Shown here piece by piece: positions 1 through 10,700 of a DNA stretch of 64,000 bases; within the stretch, counting starts at the first letter, position 1, and every line of letters begins with the position of its first letter. The notes below the pieces were generated by a model, which worked only from the letters and a program-made list of their open reading frames with translations, did not search any database and was not told the origin of the DNA. The translations under genes and the position numbers were made by a program. The DNA is taken from positions 173 to 64,172 of the forward strand of contig CALXVE010000001.1 of NCBI GenBank assembly GCA_944391885.1, given 5' to 3'. The stretch is from an uncultured Clostridia bacterium (GTDB lineage: Bacteria > Bacillota > Clostridia > TANB77 > CAG-508).

Positions 1-1
1 A

Positions 2-820
2 AAAACTAAAAAAGTAGAAGAACTTAAATTAGATGAATATTTATATGGGGTTGTAAGTGCTGAAATGCCAGCAAGCTTTGAAGAAGAAGCACTAAAGGCG
101 CAAGCTGTTGTTGCTAGAACTTACACATTATATAAAATAATTAATAATAGCAAAAAACATAAAAATGCAGATATTTGTGATGATTCCACATGTTGCCAAG
201 CGTGGATTTCAAAAGAGGATAGATTAGCTAGGTGGGATGAAGAAGATAGAGAAGATTTTTGGAATAAAATTGTAAAAGCAGTAAATACTACTCAAGGAAA
301 GATAATTACATATGAGAATAAACCAATAAATGCATTTTTTCACTCAAATAGTGGTGGTGCAACAGAGGCACCAATAAATGTATGGGGTGGAAGCGGATAT
401 CCATATTTAAAATCAGTTACAACAGCTGGTGAAGATGCATATAGCCAATATTCATCAAATGTAACTGTAACACAAACACAATTTATTGAAAAAATAAAAA
501 AGGTGCATAGTGATTTTGAAATTGATTTTGATAAAAAGGATTGTATTGAAATTAAAGAATATACAGAAGGAAATAGAGTGAAAACTATTAAAGTTGGAAA
601 TTTATCATTATCAGGTGTGGAAATAAGGACATTATTTGGTTTGCGTTCTGCAAATTTTAAAATAGAGATGGAAGGAAAAAATATTACATTTGAAGTAACA
701 GGTTATGGACATGGAGTAGGAATGAGCCAAACGGGTGCAGATAGTCTAGCAAAACAAGGCAAAAACTATAAAGAAATCATTCATCATTTTTATACAGATG
801 TAGAAATTAAAGATATTTAA
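2..820 (+). CDS. spoIID: Stage II sporulation protein D (SpoIID, LytB-family lytic transglycosylase); 5' end lies outside the window
   Basis: The frame is open from nt 2. Motifs EYLYGVVSAEMPASF, ARTYTLY and HSNSGGATE are typical of SpoIID. Confidence 0.85.
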   Translation, partial: KTKKVEELKLDEYLYGVVSAEMPASFEEEALKAQAVVARTYTLYKIINNSKKHKNADICDDSTCCQAWISKEDRLARWDEEDREDFWNKIVKAVNTTQGKIITYENKPINAFFHSNSGGATEAPINVWGGSGYPYLKSVTTAGEDAYSQYSSNVTVTQTQFIEKIKKVHSDFEIDFDKKDCIEIKEYTEGNRVKTIKVGNLSLSGVEIRTLFGLRSANFKIEMEGKNITFEVTGYGHGVGMSQTGADSLAKQGKNYKEIIHHFYTDVEIKDI

Positions 821-890
821 CATTTTTGTATAATTTTTTCAAAACTGTCAATAATGCTATTAGTGAAAAATGTTAAAGGAGGAAATTTTT

Positions 891-1700
891 ATGAGAAGGG
901 AAAATAGAAGAAGACAAATTGATGAAGGATTGGACGGAAAAAAGATACTGTATATTACAGGAAGTGTACTTGCCTTAGCTGTTATTGCTTTTGTTATTAC
1001 ATTTTTAATTTATGGAAATAATGCTAATGATGAACTAGAGCTTTCACAATCAGAAGATAATGAAATAATTGGAAATTTAATGCCTGTAGAAGAAACAAGT
1101 ACATCATATGGAAAAACTGTAAATGAAGTAGAAGAAGAAAAGAGCCAAGAAAATGAAGAAGAAACAGAAAAAATAGCTATTAATACAAGCCAAGTACAAG
1201 AAGCAAATACAACCAAAAATGATGAAACTGAAGTAAAAAAAGAGGAAACGAATAAAAAAGAAGAAACTGTTAAAGAGCCAGAAAAAGTTGAAGATCCAGA
1301 ATTTAAAAAGCCGGTTGAAGGTGAAGTAATTAAAGATTTTGCAGATAATAAACTAGTATATTCTAGCACATTGGATGTATGGACAACTCATAATGGAATT
1401 GATATTAAAGCAGATGAAACAACAGTTGTAAAAGCATCTGCAGAAGGTACTGTTTCTTCGATAAAAAATGACCCACGCTATGGATTAACAGTTATTTTAG
1501 AACATGTAAATGGATATAAAACAGTATATGCAAACTTATTAAGTACAGAGTTTGTAGTAGAAGGTGAAGAAGTAAAACAAGGTCAAAGCTTAGGAACAGT
1601 GGGAAGTACTGCATCATTTGAAATACTAGATGAGCCACATTTGCATTTTGAATTATTAAAAGATAACAAACAACTAGACCCAGGATTATATTTAAAATAG
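891..1700 (+). CDS. spoIIQ: Membrane-anchored M23/LytM metallopeptidase, SpoIIQ-like
   Basis: It has an N-terminal TM helix, an E/K-rich linker and a C-terminal LytM domain. The catalytic HxxxD (HNGID) and HxH (HLHFE) motifs are intact. A GGAGG RBS lies 8 nt upstream of the ATG at 891. It sits directly downstream of spoIID, as in clostridia. Confidence 0.55.
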   Translation: MRRENRRRQIDEGLDGKKILYITGSVLALAVIAFVITFLIYGNNANDELELSQSEDNEIIGNLMPVEETSTSYGKTVNEVEEEKSQENEEETEKIAINTSQVQEANTTKNDETEVKKEETNKKEETVKEPEKVEDPEFKKPVEGEVIKDFADNKLVYSSTLDVWTTHNGIDIKADETTVVKASAEGTVSSIKNDPRYGLTVILEHVNGYKTVYANLLSTEFVVEGEEVKQGQSLGTVGSTASFEILDEPHLHFELLKDNKQLDPGLYLK

Positions 1701-1764
1701 ACTTTGTGATGAGTGTTGAATAGAAAATAAACAAAGTTTAATAAAAATTAAGCTTGTCAGTCTG

Positions 1765-1797
1765 AAAAAATCCAGCTTACTAAAAGCTGGATTTTCT
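1765..1797. terminator. Bidirectional rho-independent terminator between two convergent genes
   Basis: Hairpin AAAATCCAGCTT-ACTAA-AAGCTGGATTTT with flanking T and A runs. Confidence 0.6.
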
Positions 1798-1868
1798 GGC
1801 TTTGGGGTTCCTACTTTAGTATACCCTTTTTTGTTTAGAGTTCCTATTTTAGAACACCAAATTTAAAA

Positions 1869-2303
1869 TTAGAGATATTGTTTTAATTTATCAATATGGT
1901 TGTTTTGCAAATTAATGAAATCATTTAATATATCTTTTACTTCTTTCTCCATTTCTGGACTATGATTTAATAGCTTTTGAGATTCTATTATTCCCATTAA
2001 ATTGCCTTGTATCATTAATTCTGCAATGTGTGAATTACTTTTATCTGTCAAAGTATTCATTTGTACACCAGTCCATGTCATCATTTTGTCCATCATTGGT
2101 TCTTCATCAGGAATTTCACCATATTTTTCAAATTGAGTATTAACCTTGTCCAAAACTTTGCCATAATCTGCATATTGTGTACTTAAATCCTCTTTCATTT
2201 TTTCATCTTCAACTTTGTCAGAAACAAAAGTAATACTAGAAAGTCCCATCCTAGTTGCTTTTCCAATTTCATTTAAAATTGTTAAATTAATGTTATCATC
2301 CAT
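1869..2303 (-). CDS. Hypothetical four-helix (ferritin-like / Coat F-like) protein, possibly a spore coat protein
   Basis: The 144-aa ORF has weak resemblance to the Coat_F / YhcQ family (LTDK...ES...PE...L..YL pattern). It lies in a sporulation neighbourhood. Confidence 0.3.
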   Translation of the reverse strand: MDDNINLTILNEIGKATRMGLSSITFVSDKVEDEKMKEDLSTQYADYGKVLDKVNTQFEKYGEIPDEEPMMDKMMTWTGVQMNTLTDKSNSHIAELMIQGNLMGIIESQKLLNHSPEMEKEVKDILNDFINLQNNHIDKLKQYL

Positions 2304-2549
2304 ATTTTCATACCTCCCAAACTTAGTTTAACCAAAATTAAATTAAAAATTCAAAATTGTTTTTTAGAAATAAAATGAATAAGAAAAATTACACAACTTT
2401 TCACCAAACAATTGAAAGACTTGAGCTTATCTGATAAAATAAGGACGGAGATAAATGGAAATAAAAAAATTTCCTACTTACTCTGTCCTTTTAAAGTATA
2501 AAGTAATACTTAAAATAGGGCAAAAATAGTAAAATCAAAGGAAATATAT

Positions 2550-5500
2550 ATGAGTGAAGTAAAATGGACTACAGAACAATTGCAAGCAATTGAAGAAAAA
2601 GGAGCGAATATTTTAGTAGCTGCTGCTGCAGGTAGTGGTAAAACTGCTGTGCTTGTAGAAAGAATAATACACAAAATTATTGATAATAAAATAGATATTG
2701 ATAAAATGCTAGTTGTGACTTTTACAAATGCAGCTGCAGCAGAAATGAGAGAGAGGATTTTAGAAGCTATATATAAAAGGCTAGAAAAAGAGCCACAAAA
2801 TGCGCATTTGCAAAAACAAATAACTCTACTGAATAAAGCAAGCATCTGCACAATACACTCATTTTGCTTGGATATAATCCACAACTATTTTTATGAACTA
2901 GATTTACCAAGCAATTTTAGAATTGCAGATACTACAGAAATTGATTTGTTAAAACAAGAAGTTTTAGATGATTTATTTGAGCAAAAATATATTGAAAATA
3001 ACCAAGATTTTTTAGAACTTTTGGAAATATATACAGGTTACCGTGGAGATGAAGCTTTACAAGAACTAGTTTTGAACATATATAAGTTTATTCAAAGTAG
3101 TCCTTTTCCAGAAAAATGGCTACAAGAAAAAGTGGAGTTATTTAATAACTCTTTCATAGAAGATTTTAGCCAAACTAAGTGGGGAGAGATTGTTTTATCT
3201 GAAGTAAAAGAAAACTTAGAAGATAGCCTTTTAAAACTTAAAAACATACAAAAAGAGCTAGCAAAATATCCAGAGTGCTATAAATTTTCTCAAGTGATAA
3301 GTGAAGATATTATGCAAATAGAAATTGCAATAAGTCAAGCTGATTCATGGGAAGGGGCATGCCAAGCGATAAATCAAATAAATTTTACAAAATGGCCAGT
3401 GGATAAAAAAGTAACTTTAGATATTAAAGAAGATGCAAAACAAGTACGTGATAAGATTAAGAAAAATGTAAAAGAAAAAATTTCTGAGTTATTAAATAGC
3501 AATACAGAAGAAATAAAAGCTGACCTAAAAACTTTATACCCAATATTAACAAAAATCAAAAACTTAGTATTAGAATTTAGCCACAATTTTGCAGATAAGA
3601 AAAGAGAGAAAAATTGCATTGATTTTAATGATATTGAACATTTTGCTTTGCAATTGCTATTAGACGAAAATGGTGAAAAGACAATTATTGCAAAAAAATA
3701 TGAGGAAAAATTTGATGAAATTGCAATTGACGAATACCAAGATAGTAACCTGGTGCAAGAGGCAATACTTACAAGTGTTTCAAATGGAAAAAATATATTT
3801 ATGGTAGGAGATGTAAAGCAAAGTATATATAAATTTAGGCAGGCAAGACCAGAACTATTTTTACAAAAATATGATGAGTACAAAATTAAGGAAGAAAAGA
3901 AGGAAAACGATAATTTAAAAATTCAGCTATTTAGAAATTTTAGAAGTAGAAATAATATTTTAGATATTACAAACCTAGTTTTTGAAGCAATTATGAGCAA
4001 AAATTTGGGAGATATAGAGTATAACGAAAATGAATATTTAAATTATGGGGCAAATTACCCAGAAATAGAAGACAAAAGCCAAAATTATGCAGGTGTTACA
4101 GAACTTGATATTATTGACATGAAGGAAGATGAAAGCATAATTGCTATAAAAGGCGAAGAACCAGAAGAAGACCAAGAAGATTTAGAAAGAATTGAAGATG
4201 ACGTGCTAGAGGCAAGGTTTGTGACAAAACGCGTAAAAGAGCTTTTACAAAGTGGATATTTAGTTTATGACAAGAAAAAAGGCTATAGACCAGTTGAGCC
4301 AAAAGATATTGTAATTTTGCTAAGGGCAACAAATACATTAGCGCCAATTTATGAAAAAGAATTATCAGAATTTGACTTGCCAGTATTTAGTGATAATTCT
4401 ACTTCATATTTAGAAAGTGTAGAAATAGAAACAATATTATCAGTATTAAAACTAATAGATAATCCAATGCAGGATATTCCATTAGTTGTTGTACTAAGGT
4501 CAAGCATAGGTGATTTTACAGATAATGACCTTGTTACAATTAGGCTAACAGATAGAAACTGCAATTTCTATAATGCCTTATTAAAAAGTAGAATTTCGTG
4601 TGAAGGACAGCTAAAAGAGAAAATAGAAGAACTACTTAAAAAATTAGATAATTGGAGAAAACAGGCAGAATATTTGCCACTAGATGAACTGATTTGGCAA
4701 ATCTACTTAGATACTGGATATTACCAATATGTAGGACTACTTCCAAATGGTGAAATAAGGCAGGCAAATTTAAAAACATTATTTGAAAAGGCAAAACAAT
4801 ATGAAACCGCTAGTTTTAAAGGATTATTTAATTTTATACAATTTATTGAGAAACTAAAAAAGCAAAATGGAGATTTGAGTTCTGCAAAATTAATTGGAGA
4901 AAATGCAAATGTGGTGCGTATTATGAGCATACATAAAAGCAAAGGTCTGGAATTTCCAGTGGTGTTTTTATGCAATGCACATAAAAAATTTAATTTAAGA
5001 GATTTAAATGAAACAATATTAATGCACCAAGACCTAGGCATTGGACCAATTTTAATAGATACTAAAAGAAGGGTAAAATACCCAACAACTATTAAGCAAG
5101 CAATTGCATTAAAAGTAAAGCAAGAAACCCTTTCAGAAGAAGAACGAATTTTATATGTTGCATTAACAAGGGCAAAGGAAAAATTAATAATAACAGGAAG
5201 AAGTAGGGATATACAAAAATCATTAAAAGAAAAGCAAGAAAATTTAGCAACATATATTTTAGAAGATAGTGGCAAATTAGATAGTAAATTAATAAAAAAT
5301 GGAAGAACATATTTGGATTGGATAGAATATGTATATTTGCTAAACTCAGGAAAAAAAATCACATTAAAAGGCAAAGAACTAGGTTTGGATGATATTATAG
5401 AGTTAAAAACTTTTGCTAAAAAGGATTTGATAAAAGAATTGCAAGTGCAGGAAAAAGTACAAGATGAAGAAATTGAAAAGATTATTGAAAAAGAAGCAAA

Positions 5501-6254
5501 AAAGCAAGAAAACATAGAGCAAATACAAAAAATGTTAGATTGGAAATATTTAAATGAAGTAGATACCAAGCTTCCAACAAAAACCTCTGTAAGTAAATTA
5601 AAACAAGCACAGCAAGGAAAATTATTGTCATTAGAAAAAGAAACAAACTGGGAAGAAGAGACAGAAGAATATTTAAACGAAGAATTAAAATACATAAAAT
5701 TAGAAAATTTAGAAGATTTAAAAACTTCAGATATAACACCAGCACAAAAAGGAACTCTAGTACATTTATGTATTCAAAAAATTAATGAAAAACTAGATTA
5801 CACAATGGAAGATATTGAAAAACTAATTAATAATTTGCTTGAAAATGAAATCATATCTGAAGTAGAAGCACAAGCAATAGATAGAAAATTAATATATTCA
5901 TATACACAGTCAGAATTATTTAAAAACCTAAAAAATGCAAAAGAAATACATAAAGAGCAACCATTTTATATTAATATTCCTGCAACAGAAATATTTGAAG
6001 AAGCGCAAAAAGAAAACTCTAAGAAAAATATTTTGGTACAAGGTATAATAGATTTGTACTATATTGACGAATATGATAGAATAAATCTGGTTGATTTTAA
6101 AACAGATTATGTGCCAAAGGGAAAAGAAAAAGAAGTTGCAGAAAAATACAAAATACAAATTGAAATTTATAAAAAAGCATTGGAGCAAGCACTTGGTAAA
6201 AAAGTTACAAAAGCACAAATTTGCTTAGCAAATAGTAATTGGGAGTTGTTTTAA
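2550..6254 (+). CDS. addA: ATP-dependent helicase/nuclease subunit A (AddA)
   Basis: UvrD-like N-terminus with the Walker A motif GSGKT. The protein is 1234 aa with a C-terminal PD-(D/E)XK nuclease motif (DLYYIDEYDRINLVDFKTDY). Confidence 0.9.
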   Translation: MSEVKWTTEQLQAIEEKGANILVAAAAGSGKTAVLVERIIHKIIDNKIDIDKMLVVTFTNAAAAEMRERILEAIYKRLEKEPQNAHLQKQITLLNKASICTIHSFCLDIIHNYFYELDLPSNFRIADTTEIDLLKQEVLDDLFEQKYIENNQDFLELLEIYTGYRGDEALQELVLNIYKFIQSSPFPEKWLQEKVELFNNSFIEDFSQTKWGEIVLSEVKENLEDSLLKLKNIQKELAKYPECYKFSQVISEDIMQIEIAISQADSWEGACQAINQINFTKWPVDKKVTLDIKEDAKQVRDKIKKNVKEKISELLNSNTEEIKADLKTLYPILTKIKNLVLEFSHNFADKKREKNCIDFNDIEHFALQLLLDENGEKTIIAKKYEEKFDEIAIDEYQDSNLVQEAILTSVSNGKNIFMVGDVKQSIYKFRQARPELFLQKYDEYKIKEEKKENDNLKIQLFRNFRSRNNILDITNLVFEAIMSKNLGDIEYNENEYLNYGANYPEIEDKSQNYAGVTELDIIDMKEDESIIAIKGEEPEEDQEDLERIEDDVLEARFVTKRVKELLQSGYLVYDKKKGYRPVEPKDIVILLRATNTLAPIYEKELSEFDLPVFSDNSTSYLESVEIETILSVLKLIDNPMQDIPLVVVLRSSIGDFTDNDLVTIRLTDRNCNFYNALLKSRISCEGQLKEKIEELLKKLDNWRKQAEYLPLDELIWQIYLDTGYYQYVGLLPNGEIRQANLKTLFEKAKQYETASFKGLFNFIQFIEKLKKQNGDLSSAKLIGENANVVRIMSIHKSKGLEFPVVFLCNAHKKFNLRDLNETILMHQDLGIGPILIDTKRRVKYPTTIKQAIALKVKQETLSEEERILYVALTRAKEKLIITGRSRDIQKSLKEKQENLATYILEDSGKLDSKLIKNGRTYLDWIEYVYLLNSGKKITLKGKELGLDDIIELKTFAKKDLIKELQVQEKVQDEEIEKIIEKEAKKQENIEQIQKMLDWKYLNEVDTKLPTKTSVSKLKQAQQGKLLSLEKETNWEEETEEYLNEELKYIKLENLEDLKTSDITPAQKGTLVHLCIQKINEKLDYTMEDIEKLINNLLENEIISEVEAQAIDRKLIYSYTQSELFKNLKNAKEIHKEQPFYINIPATEIFEEAQKENSKKNILVQGIIDLYYIDEYDRINLVDFKTDYVPKGKEKEVAEKYKIQIEIYKKALEQALGKKVTKAQICLANSNWELF

Positions 6255-6272
6255 TTTAGAAAGGAGATAATT

Positions 6273-7706
6273 ATGAAAGAAAAATATGATGTTATTGTAA
6301 TAGGTGCAGGACCAAGTTCAATATTTATGGCATATGAAATGATACAATTACATAAAAACAAAAAAATATTATTAATAGAGCAGGGAAGAAAAGTCGAAGA
6401 CAGATATTGCCCAATTGATAAAACAGGTAATTGTATTAAATGTAAACCATTTTGCAATATTACAAGTGGATTTTCTGGAGCTGGTGCGTTCTCAGATGGA
6501 AAATTGTCTTTATACAACAAAGAAGATGACGATATATATATTGGCGGAATTTTACACGAATATATTGGAGTGCCTAAAACAAAAGAATTAATTGATTATT
6601 GTGATAAAATATATTTGAAATTTGGCGCTGATTCAAAGCTAGAAGGAACAGAACATAAAGAGGAAATAAAAAAGATATATGATAAAGCGAAAAAAGAAGG
6701 TATTAATTTAATAAATATACCAATTCGTCATTTGGGAACAGAAAAGGCACATGAATTATATAAAAAACTAGAAGATTATTTAACTGATAATAATATTGAA
6801 ATAAAATATCAGACAATTGTGGATGATTTAATTATAAATGATAACAAAATAAATGGCGTAAAAGTAAAACCTGCAAAGGAAATCTTTAATAAGCAAGCAG
6901 AACTAGAAGAAATTTATGCTGATAAAGTGGTAATAGCAGTGGGAAGAAAGGGCGCAAATTGGCTTGTAGAGATGTGTGATAAACATAATATTAAAACAAC
7001 AGCTGGAGTGGTTGATATTGGAGTTCGCTATGAGTTGCCAGATGAAATTATGAAAGACATAAATACATATATGTATGAAGGAAAATTCATTGGAAGACCA
7101 ACACCTTTTAAAGATAAAGTAAGAACATTTTGCCAAAATCCAAGTGGCTTTGTTGCTTCAGAAGTATATGATAATAACTTAAGCCTAGTAAATGGTCACT
7201 CATATAAAGAAAAAAAGAGTACAAATACAAATTTGGCAATTTTAGTATCACATCATTTTACATATCCATTTAATAAACCAATTGATTACGGAAGAAATGT
7301 TGCAAAAAATTTAAATGAGTTAGGAGCAGGAAATATTTTAGTCCAAAGACTAGGAGACATTTACCGTGGAAAAAGAACTTGGGAGCAAGAATTAAGTAAA
7401 AATAGTGTGGTTCCAACACTAAAGTCAGCAGTTCCAGGAGACATAACATACGCAATTGGTTATAGGACAATGACAGATATTTTAAATTTCATACGTAGTA
7501 TGGATAAGGTTATAGAAGGGTTTGCAAATCCGGATAATTTGCTATATGCACCAGAAATTAAATTTTATAGCAACCAAGTAGTAATAGATAATAATTTTGA
7601 AACAAGTGTTAAAGGTTTATATTCAATAGGTGATGGCGGTGGTATGACAAGAGGGCTAATGATGGCATCTGCATCAGGAGTTCAAATGGCAAGAATACTA
7701 TGTTAG
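6273..7706 (+). CDS. FAD-dependent dehydrogenase (COG2509 family)
   Basis: N-terminal dinucleotide-binding motif VIVIGAGPSS. The length and a C-terminal GDGGG motif are typical of the uncharacterised COG2509 FAD proteins. Confidence 0.7.
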   Translation: MKEKYDVIVIGAGPSSIFMAYEMIQLHKNKKILLIEQGRKVEDRYCPIDKTGNCIKCKPFCNITSGFSGAGAFSDGKLSLYNKEDDDIYIGGILHEYIGVPKTKELIDYCDKIYLKFGADSKLEGTEHKEEIKKIYDKAKKEGINLINIPIRHLGTEKAHELYKKLEDYLTDNNIEIKYQTIVDDLIINDNKINGVKVKPAKEIFNKQAELEEIYADKVVIAVGRKGANWLVEMCDKHNIKTTAGVVDIGVRYELPDEIMKDINTYMYEGKFIGRPTPFKDKVRTFCQNPSGFVASEVYDNNLSLVNGHSYKEKKSTNTNLAILVSHHFTYPFNKPIDYGRNVAKNLNELGAGNILVQRLGDIYRGKRTWEQELSKNSVVPTLKSAVPGDITYAIGYRTMTDILNFIRSMDKVIEGFANPDNLLYAPEIKFYSNQVVIDNNFETSVKGLYSIGDGGGMTRGLMMASASGVQMARILC

Positions 7707-7742
7707 TTAATCCAATGTCCAAAAACTAGCAGAAAGGAGAAT

Positions 7743-10700
7743 ATGATGGGAAGCTTTGTGCATTTGCATATACATAGTGAGTTTAGTTTATTAGATGGAG
7801 CAAATAGAATAAAAGATTTGCCAGTTAGGGCAAAAGAGCTTGGCATGGATGCTATGGCAATTACAGACCATGGGGCGATGTTTGGAGCAATTGATTTTTA
7901 CAAATCCTGCAAAGCAAATGGCGTAAAACCTATAATTGGTTGTGAGGTATATGTTGCACCACGTTCTAGGTTTGATAAAGACCCAGACTTAGATAGCAGA
8001 TATAGCCATTTGATTTTGCTTGCAAAAGACAATGAAGGCTACAAAAACTTGGCAAAACTAGTATCTATAGGATATGTTGATGGTTTTTATTATAAACCAC
8101 GAATAGACCATGAAGTTTTAGAAAAATATCATGAAGGATTAATATGCCTAAGTGCATGCTTGGCAGGTGAGGTAAACCAAGCAATTTTAGAAAATGATAT
8201 GGAAAAAGCTAAAAATGCTGCATTATGGCATAAATCTATTTTTGGTGATGACTATTATTTGGAAATCCAAAACAATGGAATAAAAGAGCAAGTTTTAGCA
8301 AATCAAAAACTAATTGAACTTTCAAAAAAACTAGATATTCCACTAGTTGCAACAAATGACGCACATTACTTAAAAAAGGAAGATGCATATAACCATGAGG
8401 TATTACTCTGTATTCAAACAGGAAAACGTATGACAGATGAGGATAGGATGCGTTTTGATACAGATGAACTATATGTTAAATCACCAGAAGAAATGAGTGA
8501 GTATTTTAAGGCTGTACCTGAAGCAATTGAAAATACTGTAAAAATTGCAGAAAAATGCAATGTGGAGTTTGAATTTGGACATACAATTTTACCTAACTAT
8601 GATGTTCCACCAGAATTTAGCACACATTATGACTATTTAGAAAAATTAACAATGGATGGAATAAAAGAACGTTATGGAGAAAATCCATCTGATGAAATTA
8701 AACAAAGAACCAAATATGAACTTGGCGTTATACAAAAAATGGGATATGTGGATTATTTCTTAATTGTTTGGGATTATATTCACTATGCAAAAACACATGA
8801 TATACCAGTAGGCCCAGGACGTGGCTCTGGTGCAGGTTCAATTGTAGCATATGCAATAGAAATTACGGACATAGACCCAATACAATATGGGCTTTTGTTT
8901 GAAAGGTTTTTAAATCCGGAAAGAATTAGCATGCCTGATTTTGACGTGGATTTTTGCTATGAAAAAAGAGATAGAGTTATAGAATATGTTGAAGAAAAAT
9001 ATGGTAAAGACCATGTTTCCCAGATTATTACATTTGGAACAATGTCTGCAAGGATGGTTATTAGAGATGTTGCAAGAGTGCTAGATGTTCCATATGCAGA
9101 AGCTGATAAGCTTGCTAAAATGGTACCAAACGAATTGCACATTACAATAAAAAAAGCAATGGAAAAGAACAAAGAACTGCAGGACTTATATGATAATAAT
9201 GGAGAAACCAGAAACTTATTAGATATTGCAATGGCATTAGAAGGTATGCCAAGGCAGGCTTCAACACATGCCTGTGGAATTGTTATAACAAAAGAGCCAG
9301 TAGTAAACTATGTTCCTTTATATGCAAGAGATGGTGTTATATCAACACAATACATCATGACAACATTAGAAGAACTTGGCTTGCTTAAAATGGACTTTTT
9401 GGGATTACGTACATTAACAGTTATTCAAGACACAATAGACTTAGTAAAGAAAAATCAAAGAATAGATGTAAAATTTGATGAAAAGATGAATGACCCTAAA
9501 GTATATAAATTATGGCAAAACGGCGAATCTGTAGGAATATTCCAGTTTGAAAGTCAAGGCATGACAAACTTTATGAAAGAATTAAAACCGGACTGCTTGG
9601 AAGATATTATAGCTGGGGTATCTTTATACCGCCCAGGGCCTATGGATCAAATCCCAAGATATATTGCAAACAAAAAAGACCCAGAGCATGCATATTACAC
9701 ACACCCAGCGTTAAAGCCAATACTTGAAGTTACTTATGGCTGTATGGTTTACCAAGAGCAAGTAATGCAAATAGTAAGGGATTTGGCAGGTTACTCATTA
9801 GGTAGAGCAGACTTAGTAAGAAGAGCAATGGGTAAGAAAAAGCTTGATGTAATGGCAAAAGAAAGAGAAATATTTATAAATGGTCAAGTTGATGAAAATG
9901 GAAATGTGGTCGTTCCGGGATGTGTTAGAAATGGAATTGATGAAGCATCTGCAAATAAAATTTTTGATGAAATGGCTGAATTTGCAAAATATGCTTTTAA
10001 CAAATCACATGCAGCAGCATATGCCGTGGTATCATATAGAACCGCATATTTAAAAGCATATTATCCAGCAGAATTTATGGCAGCTATGTTAAATAGCTTT
10101 TTAGGAAACCAAAATAAAATTCCTGAATACATCGAAGAGTGTAAAAGACTTTCAATTGAAATTTTAAAACCGGATATTAATAAGAGTGACACAAAATTTA
10201 CAGTTGATAAAAACCAAATTCGTTTTGGTATGGGAAGTATTAAAAACGTAGGAACAGCAGCAGTAGATGAAATTGTAGCAGAAAGAAACAAAAACGGAGA
10301 ATTTAAAGATTTTGGGGACTTTTGCGAGAGAATAAAAAATTCTGCTGTTAACAAAAAATGTGTAGAAAGCTTAATAAAATCAGGAAGCTTTGATAATCTT
10401 GGACATACTAGAAAAACGTTAATCGCATCATTTGAAAATATTATTGATACAATTGCAAATAATGATAAGAAAAATTTTGATGGTCAAGTTTCAATGTTTG
10501 ACATAGGAAATACTGCTAAAGAAGAAATGAAATATAATTATACTATTTTGCCAGAATATGATAAAAAAGAATTGCTTTCAATGGAAAAAGAAATGCTTGG
10601 ATTATACATATCTGGGCATCCACTAGAAAATATAAGAGAACAATTAGAAGCAAAGACAAATATAAATAGCATGGACCTAAGGCAAATAGGAAATAATGCT

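Noticed and set aside
2440-2515. 24-aa micro-ORF (MEIKKFPTYSVLLKYKVILKIGQK) with an overlapping hairpin upstream of addA
   Set aside because: There is no convincing RBS and no conservation evidence. It is more likely leader structure than a coding peptide.
4721-5695. 324-aa antisense ORF inside addA (and the many similar minus-strand ORFs inside large plus-strand genes)
   Set aside because: These are long open frames on the complementary strand of AT-rich coding DNA. Their S/F/L-rich low-complexity translations are typical artifacts.
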